A stretch of 63,931 nucleotides of DNA, filler included, from Olpidium bornovanus S191 (Eukaryota; Fungi; Olpidiomycota), in the NCBI GenBank assembly GCA_017911155.1. It is 32 parts of 32 records of this genome, joined end to end, with 100 filler letters (N's around TTAATTAATTAA, not from the genome) between each part and the next. Parts side by side here need not be neighbours in the genome. Positions count along the whole stretch, not along the records: positions 1 to 2,040 come from JAEFCI010000345.1; positions 2,141 to 4,489 come from JAEFCI010008849.1; positions 4,590 to 5,601 come from JAEFCI010005579.1; positions 5,702 to 6,825 come from JAEFCI010009336.1; positions 6,926 to 9,002 come from JAEFCI010013443.1; positions 9,103 to 11,373 come from JAEFCI010009585.1; positions 11,474 to 15,663 come from JAEFCI010004103.1; 25 more parts are not named here. The stretch is one strand, 5' to 3'. Numbering within the stretch: position 1 is the stretch's first letter; the number at the start of each line of letters is the position of its first letter. This document shows, one piece after another, positions 1 to 12,130 of this stretch. A program made the translations under genes and the position numbers. Below the pieces are notes generated by a model. The model worked only from the letters and a program-made list of their open reading frames with translations. It ran no database searches and was not told the origin of the DNA.

Positions 1-179
1 ACGGCCGTCAGAAGGATAGGCTGGCGGCGGAATGTGGCGTTGTGCCGGGTCTGCGCGGTTCTGCCCTATGAAAAAGTATGGAGGACAGGAGAGATGTATG
101 GCGGCTGACCGGGCCTTTATTCCTTCCTTCCTTTTTTCCTTCCTTCCATCCTTCCTTCGTTTTTTGCATGGCGCGCGGC

Positions 180-210
<31 letters not shown>

Positions 211-1186
211 TTTTTTTTTTTTTGTTTGTTGCGGACACCGGAGGGGAAGCAGGGCCCCTTGTGAAGTGACCAATGAAAAATGCGAATGCCTGAACTGACC
301 AATGAAAATGCCTGCAAAGCCCCTTTTTGAAAGGGCAAGGGGCGAACCAGACCTGGACACCATCAAAGGGCAGGCACCAGATCAAAACCCCAAGTGGGAA
401 AGTGCTGGGTGAGCCCATTAGGGTGAAACCCTGTGTCTGGCGTGAAAAACGTCTGTCCGTCTGTCATCGAGCTCAGCCAATCAGAACGTTCCCCCCTCTC
501 CCCCCCTCCGGGTGCTGGGTGAGGGCTCCCGCCGCCCCGGATTCCGAAATCGATGCAAAAAGTGCGAAAAAGCAGCCTCTATTTTCCTACCTGAAATATC
601 ACATAACGCCGTGCATAGAATAAATATAACATTCAACAGAACCTGTGGTAGACTAATTTGGATGTTGCTGATTTTTTCTTTTTTTTTGTTGTTGGGTTGA
701 TCCGGTATTTTTGCACTCTCGTTGGTCCAAAGAGCCGCAGGCGAGTCCCAGTTCAACATTAGGGGGGGCACACGCCGGAAAGAAAACCTTCTTGAAAATT
801 GACCAATGAAAAACCAGAATAAAACGTCACAGGGGCTTCTTCCGTTTCCAATGCTTAACTTAAACCTTTAATTCGATATATGTTTCCACGGAAAAACCAG
901 GGTAACCCTTGCATTTGTTCGGCCAGCAAAATACGACGCGAACAGGCTAAATTTGAAATCAGCTAACTAAAAACAAAGGCAAAACCCTCAACAGATAGGG
1001 GAAGAGAGTGAGGCAAAGACAGAGAGAGGAGCGACAGAGACAGACCGGAGCGACAGAGATAGAGGGCCCCCCCCCCGCCTCCTCCCTTGTCTTCCGAGGC
1101 TTGATCACCCTGCTCACCCAACACCCCCACACTTCCCTTACCACTTTATAGCACTATATAGTCTTAGTCTCTCTCCGTCTCTCTCC

Positions 1187-1542
1187 ATGGCCTGTTGCGC
1201 GACGCCAGTGACCACGGGCCGATGCCCTCTCATCGTCGTGGCCGTGGGCACCGCGAACAGAGCGAAGGTGAGAGAGAGAGAGAGATAAAGAGGAAGAGAG
1301 AGAGAGAGGGAGGGAGGGGGAATCCTGAACGTATCGGACGGGCAAACAAAAAAAAAAAAAAAAAAAGCTCGCAGCAGTGACAAACGTCGTCAACGAGCTT
1401 TTTCCGGACCATGAGGTCCTCGTCGAGAGCGTTTCCGTGCCCAGCGGAGTCGCCGACCAGCCCTCCAGCGACGAGGAAGCCGCCGAAGGGGCGGTCAACC
1501 GCGCCCGCAGAGCGCTCGCGGCCGTCGAGGGCGCCAACTTCG
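1187..1542 (+). CDS. Non-canonical purine NTP phosphatase (ITPase/XTPase, YjjX/DUF84 family), first two exons, 3' part missing
   Basis: Exon 1187-1267 MACCATPVTTGRCPLIVVAVGTANRAK; intron GTGAGA..AAG; exon 1368-1542 LAAVTNVVNELFPDHEVLVESVSVPSGVADQPSSDEEAAEGAVNRARRALAAVEGANF. Matches the family pattern VAVGSxNPxK...V.SGV..QP..DEE...GA.NRA. Confidence 0.8.
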
Positions 1543-2040
1543 GTACGGACGGGGAGGATGAGGGGGGTGGGCGAAACTGTGCGAGAGGAAGAGGATACGC
1601 GGGGAAGCTTTATACTTAAACGAACAAAAAAAAAAGTTTGACCGAGTGACGCTCCCCGCACCGCGCGGCCGAAAACCCGACCGTTTTCGTGACGCACACC
1701 TGCCTGCGCCCGCCACCCGCCGCGGGGGAAAATAAAAAGGCGTCGGGGTGGAATCCGGGTTTGCGGAACTGAGCGGAAAGTACTTCGTGAGCGGGTGGAC
1801 GGCGGTTTTGGATACCCAGGTGGGAGACGCGTGACGTTTGCGCCGAGGGTTTCACTGCTGCCCTGCCACCAGCAAGAAAAAAAAAATTAACCCGCATATT
1901 CTTTTTTTTTTTTGTTTCGTTTTTTTTTTTTGTTTCGTTTTTTTTTTTTTGTTTCGTTTTTTTTTTTTCTTTTTCGTTTTTTTCTTTTCTGGCTCCTCTC
2001 CCGCAAACCAAAAAAAAGGGCACGCTCGGCTTGGGATCCA

Positions 2041-2140
2041 NNNNNNNNNNNNNNNNNNNNNNNNNNNNNNNNNNNNNNNNNNNNTTAATTAATTAANNNN
2101 NNNNNNNNNNNNNNNNNNNNNNNNNNNNNNNNNNNNNNNN
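2041..2140. other. Artificial contig-joining spacer (N-run, TTAATTAATTAA, N-run); first of 31
   Basis: Near-identical 100-nt block starting at about 2041, 4490, 5602, 6826, 9003, 11374, 15664, 16827, 18114, 19717, 21883, 24427, 25569, 27015, 29784, 31058, 32168, 33959, 35265, 36688, 41182, 42904, 45112, 46277, 47834, 51455, 53624, 55232, 56676, 58962, 62539. TTAATTAATTAA puts stops in all six frames. Genes are cut mid-exon at the spacers. Confidence 0.98.
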
Positions 2141-3005
2141 CATGAACACGATATTCAATTATAACTGTGTAAATTATTTTCGCCGTGAACGTGCGCAACA
2201 CCTCCGTTTTTGTACGCCAACTTTTATTGAAGCTGTGCTCCCGAACGGTGACACCGGCCCTTTGATTTGATGTGCTTTGTTGTCGCCGCAGTGGTTTCAG
2301 TCGTCTTTCTTCTTTCGCCTCCGGTCTCAAAAAAGAAAAACCAGGAAAACAGGTGCGGTGGAAGTCGGGGTGTAAGGAGTCCATTTCGATTATGGTTCGA
2401 CTATTGCGAAGAAACTAGAGAAAAACAAAAGTTGCAATGAGCAATCACGGTTTTTGAACGGCACTTACAAGGACAGGAGGGATCGGACTCAGCGGGGGTT
2501 CGCGTTCCTTCGGTTCTTCCGTCGTGCTTTCTGCTTCGTAAAAGCCACTTACGGGCGGATCAGTTCTCGCTCGGGGCAAAATTTCGTTGCTTTCGACGCT
2601 GGTGTCCGCGCCATGTGCGCCGACAACATCGCTGACGGGCCGTTGCTTCGTTGGTCGGCAGCACCGCTTTGGGCGCGCACTGTTTCGGGTTTGGTTGGAT
2701 TTATTCACCGCGATGGAGTAGGGAAGGGTGGGGGGTGTGGTGGGGAAGGGGTGAAATGGAGGCGGGGAGGTAGAAACCTGCTCAACATCCAGCAACGTGC
2801 GGATTGGGACGGAGGGGAGAAATGGGGAAGGGCGGGGAAGCGGGGACGGGAGGAGGCGGCCCAGACCTCAGATTCTGAGTGGGCATTCACGCAGGGCGCG
2901 AGAAAAAAACAAAAAAACAAAAAAAGGAACAAAACAGAAAAGGGCATGTTCCCGCGTGAGTTAGGAATCTAATGAATACAGGGGGTAATTAACACCCTAA
3001 AACGT

Positions 3006-4489
3006 TTACGGCGAGGAGCAGAGCGTGACGTCCTGGCCGCCGGCATACTCTTCGGGTTGCGACAGCGGTTTTTCGGCCGGATGTTGTCCCTGGGAGTCTG
3101 CTGCACGCGGCATGCCGGGAGCCGCCCCGGCGGCCGACAGCACTCGCCCTTCGTGTGCTCGATTGGCCGACGACGCGGTTTCCTCGTCCGACGCGGCTGG
3201 TTCGTTTGGCGGCTCAGGGGTAGACACGGCGGAGACCACGGAAGACGCGGAGCACGACCTGCCTCCGGCGTTGTCCGGGCAGGTGTCCGCGCTGCCGAGC
3301 ACCGAGGACACCTCGGGTTCGCTCGTGAACGGCGCGTCGCTCAGCACCAGCCGTGCTATCGCGCTCGCAGCGTCCGGCGCGGCGCGCGGGGAAGAACTTC
3401 CGGCGGACTCTGCGCTCCAGTCTTCGGCGGCGCGCGGGTCGTTTTTCTGGTGCGTGCTGCTTCCCGATTTCCTTAGCTTGGACACGGCCTTCAGCTTTTA
3501 TTCCGGCAGCAGACATGAGGTAAACGTTGGCGTTCATGTAGCGACCCAAATCTCGAAGCGAAGCGTTCGCTGACGCCATTTAGCGTCGTCCGGTGACGGT
3601 TTACTTAGACTTACCACCATGTAGATGCTGTGAATCTTCCGGACGGCATGTTTGATGTCATGCTCTGTCACCTGATCCACCCCCCGCCCCGACTTCCCCA
3701 TGCATGGAAGAGGGTTGGATCCCTGAGCTGTGACCCACGGATGCTCCTACAGAAAGGGCGACGACGTTCCATTTTAGTGGAAGCGCAAAACCAGTATATC
3801 GGCGGGTGATTCTCTGGGCCTCGGCACGCACCGTCAGCTCCTTCATCGTTATCCGCTTTCCCATATCCTTCTCCAGCAGTTTCGTCAACAAATCCCGCAA
3901 TAACGGTGAGCAAGTCGGAGGGAACTGCGGCCTATCAAAGGCCAATCAGACGCAACCGTAGGCAACGTCCTCCGGACGTCGGACGAACAGTCAACGGAAC
4001 GATTCTGACACCCACTCGTCATTCCTTATTGCGCTGAAAATGTCGACAATAGTCCGCCCTTTGAACGGCAGGCCCCCGAAGCTGAAGCAATACAAGGTGA
4101 CCCCCATGGCCCACAGATCCGCCGACCGCCCCGACACAAAACCATTAGCTGCCAGTAGCAGGACCGTACTTTCAGCAGAGCAGCAGGCGAACACGCTGGA
4201 ATGCATCCCTCCCCGTCGCATCAAGAACTAACGGGTGCACATCTCCGGCGCCATAAAGGCAGGGCTACCGCCGGACTTCTTCGTGCAGTCAGACCTGCCT
4301 GCAAACATCTGCGATATGCCGAAATCCACGATAACCAGGTCATTTTCCTTGGTCAAGAGCAGGTTGTCGGGCTTAACGTCTTCGTTTGTGCGCACAGGGC
4401 GGCGTATGAGCGTAACGAACTCGAGGAGGTCCACCGCCGAATGGCGTCAAAACGGCAAACATACCTCGGTGGCATATATCGTTCGCATG
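3006..4489 (-). CDS. CaMKK/Sak1/Ssp1-type Ser/Thr protein kinase, C-terminal part (5' truncated)
   Basis: Inferred exons 4489-4465, 4379-4233, 4148-4016, 3931-3832, 3746-3615, 3494-3006. They splice to HANDICHRDVKPDNLLL...DFGISQMF...GSPAFMAPEMC...SGRSADLWAMGVTLYCF...LPF...KLLEKD..KRIT...EHPWVT, followed by a low-complexity Ser/Ala tail. Confidence 0.9.
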
Positions 4490-5260
4490 NNNNNNNNNNN
4501 NNNNNNNNNNNNNNNNNNNNNNNNNNNNNNNNNTTAATTAATTAANNNNNNNNNNNNNNNNNNNNNNNNNNNNNNNNNNNNNNNNNNNNCATGATATTTG
4601 ATTCGAGCGCTGCGCGGCTTTTTTTTTAAAAAAATTCAGTTTGTTCGTTCGGCCTGCGGTCTCTACCTCTTTCTCTCTGCGGCACGTGGGGAAGGCGGGC
4701 AAACGGGCAAGAGGGCGATGACGCGCGTGTGGCGCAGCTCCCCCGCGGAAAAAGTCTCGAACGAAATCCCGCGCGCGCGCGAGAGAGAGAGGCGACACGG
4801 CGGAAAAAAAACCAAAGAAAAAAACAATAAAAGATAAGAATTAGAAGGCGCTCTTCTTCCGCCTTCGGACGCGCGACCGCAGTTCGAATTCGTCCCGCCT
4901 GCTCCGGCTACGCCGAGCCGACCCGCGACTCTGCCGCGCACGCGCAAGCCGCTTCTTCCTCCCCCCCACCCCATTTTTTTGACCCCTTGACGCAACAGTT
5001 GGCCGCGCTTCCTCTCTTCCCCGATCCCCGTCCTTTCCACGCTCCCCTTCTTTCCCACACCTTTTTTCGACAGCCCGGAAGTCGGAAACGCTCCGTTCGC
5101 ATCCGCCCTCCGCCTCTGCGCGCTGAAGGAAAAGAGAATAACAAGAGATTTGGGGCAGAGAGCGCGAGAGGGAAGACGAAAAAGAAAGTGCCAAGCCACA
5201 ACAGACAACCCACCCGGAAAAGAGAGAGAAGGGCTTTCACCCCCCGTAATTATCGCAACG

Positions 5261-5601
5261 ATGCAGATTGCCGACGCGCCATCTGCCGCCTTCCTGCGCC
5301 GCTCTTCCTCTATCGCGCGCAGGTCCTCCTCTGCCGCCGCCGCCTCCGAGACCCCCGACGCTTCGGCAGACGCGACCGCCGCTGCCGGCCCGTCCGACCG
5401 CTTCACAAACGTGCAGCTCTTCCGCCGCCGCAGGCGGGGCGAATCCGGCAACCAGATCGCCAGGAGCCTGCAGCGCAGCTACATGGAGCTGGAAGACCTG
5501 CAGGCGGAGGCCGACCACGGCACCGCTGCCGTGCTGCGCGACATCTCCGAGGTCCTCAAAGATGCCGAGAGCTTCGTCGTCAACAAGGACATCGAGACCA
5601 G
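5261..5601 (+). CDS. Hypothetical protein, N-terminal exon (3' truncated)
   Basis: ATG after a purine-rich leader; GC3-rich ORF MQIADAPS...SLQRSYMELEDLQAEADHGTAAVLRDISEVLKDAESFVVNKDIET runs to the contig end. No family recognised. Confidence 0.45.
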
Positions 5602-5738
5602 NNNNNNNNNNNNNNNNNNNNNNNNNNNNNNNNNNNNNNNNNNNNTTAATTAATTAANNNNNNNNNNNNNNNNNNNNNNNNNNNNNNNNNNNNNNNNNNN
5701 NCGCGGTGTACTCGACGTGCCGGGCAAAAAATTATAAG

Positions 5739-6686
5739 ATGTCTGCCAAGATGTGCGAAGGCATCTTGGAGGAGATTCACAAGTTCATAGAAGTCTCCGT
5801 AGCGGAAAACGAAAGGACCATGACCATGGAGCAGCTGGCGGCCGATTGGGAAAACTCCGTCAGAGACAAGGTAAATCCCACCGCCCCCCTCACATCGGAT
5901 TTGCCCCGACCGGCTGTCCAACTAGATCCAGGTCCCCTCCATTTTTTTATTCTTATTTTCATTTATTTTCCATTCTTTTGAATGGGGTTGGAGAGGGATC
6001 ATTTCCCCAATTTCCTTGCGGCGCCGGAAATGACGGGAAATCAAAATCAAAAAAAAACTTTTTGGTAGTACCTCCCGCAAGCGCGAGGCCCCGCGAAGTT
6101 CGAGGTGCTCGCTCGGAGCCTCCGAAAGCGTCTCCCGCAGAACGCTGCCCGCGTGAGCAAGACGTTGGTGAAAGCGGCCAAGGAGGAGGTAGGGTCCAAG
6201 ATTTTGGCAGCTATTCACGGGTGCTCAATTGCCGGTGGAATAAAGCGCACTGACTGGCAAAGTCGACCTGACCTCCCCTCTTCCCTTTCCCCCTTCCCCG
6301 TCCCGGGCAAAAAGGCGGAAAAGTCGATCAAGGCGAGCAACGAAAAGCAAGCAGAGGAAATCAAGAGGATCGAGAAGCTCTACGACGACGTGAAAGGTAT
6401 AGAAAAAAATTTTTGTCACCCGCCGAGCGAGCGGAGGGCCAAAAGTCGGGAGAAGGTCTCCATAGCAATGCGGACGCGAACCGCTCGCAGGCGTCCGGTG
6501 CTCACCCTGGATCTCCTTACCCGGTCGGATTTTCCGACCACCCTGTTTCACGTCTCCCGCCCAGCAAATTGGGTCAGGTCGAAAGAAGAAGTCGCGAGCC
6601 TGGCCGCGGAAAACTCGAAACTCCTCGGCCTCATCGAGAAGTTTGGCGATCTGATCGGCGAGGCCGATGTACGCCGGGGGAGGTAA
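5739..6686 (+). CDS. Hypothetical coiled-coil protein, several exons
   Basis: Helical, charged segments bounded by GT/AG (EGILEEIHKFIEVSVAENE..., KAEKSIKASNEKQAEEIKRIEKLYDDVK, SKEEVASLAAENSKLLGLIEKFGDLIGE). Family not recognised. Confidence 0.35.
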
Positions 6687-7477
6687 ATGGAGAAGGGAGA
6701 AGGGAAAAACAAAAAAAGGAAACTACGAAACGGAAAGGCCGCTCTTTACAAGTCTTTTGGTCCCACCACACCCACCTTCTGTCTTGCTTTCGTAGCATCA
6801 TCTGCATGTAGATCAATGACAAATCNNNNNNNNNNNNNNNNNNNNNNNNNNNNNNNNNNNNNNNNNNNNTTAATTAATTAANNNNNNNNNNNNNNNNNNN
6901 NNNNNNNNNNNNNNNNNNNNNNNNNCATGGTTGTGTCGGGGGTGTGCCCGCAGTACGTTGTTACAACGGCGGCGGCCTCGCCGCGGGGCCACTGCAGGGC
7001 GGGGTGTGGCGCGCGTCTGGGAGAGGATCTGGAGGTAGAAGAGAGAGACAGAGAGCCGTTTGACGTGACGGGAAGTGGGGGCGCGCGCGAATCCCATCCC
7101 GGCACTTTCGGCGACACGTGCGTGCGCGCGTTGCCGACAACCTCCCCCGGCCCCCATCCCGCTCCTCGGCCGCGCGTGCGAAGGGAAAGGGGATCCCGGC
7201 TTGCTTGCCAAATTCAGCTCCCGCTCCCGTCCCCCTCTCGCCGGTTTCGGCGCGGCACGCCACGGCGCGGCCGCGCGAGACCCCCCTGCCAAGTACGGAG
7301 AATAAGCGGCTCTCTCGCGCGGGAAGCGGGAATTTGTGCGCCCAGCGGCGGCGCGGGGAAGGCGGGGAGGGGAAAGGCGGAAAGGCGGGAGGGCCCAGGC
7401 CGCGGCGCCATCCCCCCGCGGCGCACGAGCGGCGCGGGACAGGACGGACGGAGGCTCCTTCGGTCTCGGCGCGCGCG

Positions 7478-7484
7478 TATAAAA
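7478..7484 (+). promoter_or_regulatory. Candidate TATA box upstream of PGI1
   Basis: TATAAAA in otherwise very GC-rich sequence, about 225 nt upstream of the PGI1 ATG. Confidence 0.35.
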
Positions 7485-7706
7485 CGTGCGGGCGCCCGGG
7501 GAAAAAAAAAATTTTCCGACCCGCCCCGTCCGTGTCCCGTCCGTCCGCGTTTTCCCGCGTCCGTCCCCGCCCGGCCGGCCCGCCCGCCCGCCCATCCGCA
7601 CCTGCACCCGCCCGCTCCGTCCTCCGCCGCCTCCCCGCGCAGCCCGCACGCGCCCACTCGCCCACGCAACGCACCCGCCCCCCGTCCTCCCCTCCCTGCG
7701 CGCGCA

Positions 7707-9002
<1,296 letters not shown>

Positions 9003-9102
9003 NNNNNNNNNNNNNNNNNNNNNNNNNNNNNNNNNNNNNNNNNNNNTTAATTAATTAANNNNNNNNNNNNNNNNNNNNNNNNNNNNNNNNNNNNNNNNNN
9101 NN

Positions 9103-11139
9103 CATGTCCTTCATCATCTTCTCCTGCATCTCGGTCTCGGCCTTTTGCTGCGCCGCGGCCTGCTCCTTGACCAGCTCCAGGTGGTGCTTGAACGCCTCCT
9201 GCGTCTGCCGCCGCATCAGCTCCAGGTAGTGCGGCGGCGGCTCTTCGCTCTGCTGCGGGACCATCACTGCCGACGACAGCAGCGCTGACAGGCCCCGCTT
9301 CGGCTTGATCGCCGCCTGCTGCGCCCGCCATTCGGCGACGTGCTGCTCGCGGAGTTTCGCCTCGAACTTGGCGTACTCCTGGGGGATGTCTTCCTTCTTT
9401 TGCCAGTAGGACACCACCGGCCGCACGTCGTCGGGCTGGTAGTAAGCGATCGCTGCGTGCAAATTGTTGAACAAAAGCGCGTCAGCAGCAGCCTTTTGCG
9501 GTCTAGCCTCTCGGACTGACGGCCGGCCTCGGCCGCGACCGCAGCGACTCCCGGGCCCGGTTACCTTCTAGGAACGGAATCATCGCTACCAGCCAGTCGT
9601 CGTCCGGACTTCCGTCCCAAGGCTTCACCGGGATCGCGTTCTCCGGCTGCAGGCGGTACGAATCAGGGTTCGTGTCGAGAATGATGACCTTTTTCAAATC
9701 CCGGTTCAACATCGACAGATCCTAAGGGAGAAGGGCGGGATCGGCCGTCAACCGCGGGTTTCGCTTAATTTACCCGGCGGCGCAGCCGGCGCTCGCGGGC
9801 CCGCGACTGCGGTCCCCCCACGCGCGCCCCACCTTGACATATTTGCCGCCCAGCTTCCGCGCGTGCTCGCGGTACAGTTTGTACATGACGTAGCCGTACG
9901 GGTCCAACTTTTGGACGATGGGTTCCGCGTTCTGACGTTTGTGGAAAAAAAAGGCCGGTTAGCGAGAAGAGGTTTGAACACACTCGGGCTCAAACCCGGG
10001 CCGCCCGTTGCGTTACCATCGAAGGCTGCGTCGTGAACAGCACGACCTCAAAGTGCTGGGCCAAGTAGGCGAGGAAATAATCTACGCCGGGGCGCTTGGC
10101 GACGCGCCACCCCGTGGAGATCTAAAAAGGGGACAAAACAGCGCGGACGAAAGCGTCGGAAAGCCTGCTGGTAAAACCGGGCGAGCCCGGAAGAGGGGCT
10201 CGCGCCGCCGCGGGCACCACCCTGCCGGACTCACGTCCCACTCCGATTTGATGAGCGTATCGTCGAGGTTCACGACGATCGTGTACGGCAACTGGTACGG
10301 CTCCGGGAGTTCCGGTGGCAGGAGCTTGTCGCTGACGGGGGCGGCGTCGAAAAAACTCTGCAGCCGGTTGAACGAGCGCTTCGCCACCTTCACGGGAGAC
10401 CACGTCTCTTCCGGACCCTGGGGCCGACCTGCCAAAAGGAGGGGGGGGGGACGGAGGACGTGCACGCCTTTCAGTCACGCGCGAAAAAAGACGTCCCGAT
10501 TCCGGCCGCGCAGGACAGAAACCCGGGGAGAAGGCCGAGGTCTGCGGGAGGGCCAGACTGACCGAAGTATGCGGTTCCGGCGAGCAGGCTCCCGAAGGCG
10601 GCGAAGGCGAGGACGTTCTGCGCGGTGGACTCGGGCTCGTGCTGGGAGCCCCGTTGCCGCCGCCTCGCTGCCGGCGCGCCGACTTCCAATCGCTCCTCGT
10701 CCTCCTCGCCTCGGCTTCGCCGCGCGGAATCGACGGTCTCCGCCGGGAGCAGAAACTGGGCCGCCAGCCCTGTGCCCGCCGCGGACGACGCCGCCGGCGT
10801 CGCGGGATCCGCGGGCGCCGGCTCCGACGCGGCGCCCGGGTCCGGAGAATCCTGGCTGCGCCGCGACGACGCCAAGCCCTCCTGCTCCTCCTCCTCCTCC
10901 CGGCGTCCCGGCGGCGGCGCGGCGCTCCGCGCAGCGGCGCACGACGCGAGCGCCCGCCGGGTAGCCGGCCGCGCCAGAGGCCCTGCCGCGCCGGAAGGCG
11001 TCGTCAGGCGGGCGAGGCGGGGCGTGCGCGCGCCGGGGGCGGCGGCGGCGGTCGCGGGCGGCGGGGCCAGGGCAGCGCAGGCGCGCAGGGCCCTCCTCGC
11101 GGCCGGCAGGGCCCTGGAGCCGGGCGCGAGAGCGGGCAT
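9103..11139 (-). CDS. TIM50: Mitochondrial import inner membrane translocase subunit Tim50 (3' truncated)
   Basis: Exons 11139-10563, 10428-10235, 10121-10017, 9931-9833, 9721-9565, 9452-9103. Arg/Ala-rich presequence, TM segment ([18 protein letters not shown]), [60 protein letters not shown]. Confidence 0.93.
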
Positions 11140-11229
11140 GGCGTGTGTGCGGCTGCGCGCGGGCGTTCCGCTCGGGGTTTTCCTTCTTTCCCTCTCGTCC
11201 GCTGTTGTGCGTCCGACCGAAAGGTCCAA

Positions 11230-11269
<40 letters not shown>

Positions 11270-11671
11270 AACGCGGCCGGGAGGGGCAGCCCGGTTCCCG
11301 CGCTGACGCCCGCCTGGGCTTTTTCGGTGCCCAAAACCGTCTGTTCCCGCAGGCCTGCCAAGAATCCCGACGGNNNNNNNNNNNNNNNNNNNNNNNNNNN
11401 NNNNNNNNNNNNNNNNNTTAATTAATTAANNNNNNNNNNNNNNNNNNNNNNNNNNNNNNNNNNNNNNNNNNNNCATGAGCTTATTGGCGCGCTTCTGTGC
11501 CTTTCCGTGAATACTCGCCCGGATCTGACGACCGCGGCCAGCTTCTTGTCCCGGTTTGCGGCCAATCTCGAATGATCATTGGCAATGCACTAAAAAAAAC
11601 TTTTCTGAAGACAAAATGCCTCCCTTCCCATCCGCCCCTTCCCGGCTCCGCCCCCGCTTCGCCCGCCACCC

Positions 11672-11729
<58 letters not shown>

Positions 11730-12130
11730 ACCCCCCCCCCCCCCCCTCCCACCCCGCAGGCAGCCTCCCGTGGTCCGCTGACGCATAGCCGGTCTCATCG
11801 GCGCACCCGCCACTCCGGCTCCTCGCTCGCGACCCGTGTCGCCGGCCTCCGCCTCCGCCTCCTGCCCAGGTCCACCTCCGCCTCGCCGCCCCCTTCCGAC
11901 TTTTCCACGTTGTCTGGCCCCACTTCCCGGAGTCGCTCGGCGGAGCGCGACTATTCGTTGCGGCCGCAGTAGCCGTTCCGCTTCCCGTTCTTCCCAGCCC
12001 GGCCGCTCAAACGCAAACCAGACCCGGCGCGGCGTCGATTACTGGCTCGAAGCGTGGCGCCAAACGCGGAGTGGAGCCGGAGAGACGTCGCGCGTTTGCC
12101 GCTGCTCCACGCCGCCTGGGCCGTCCCGGG

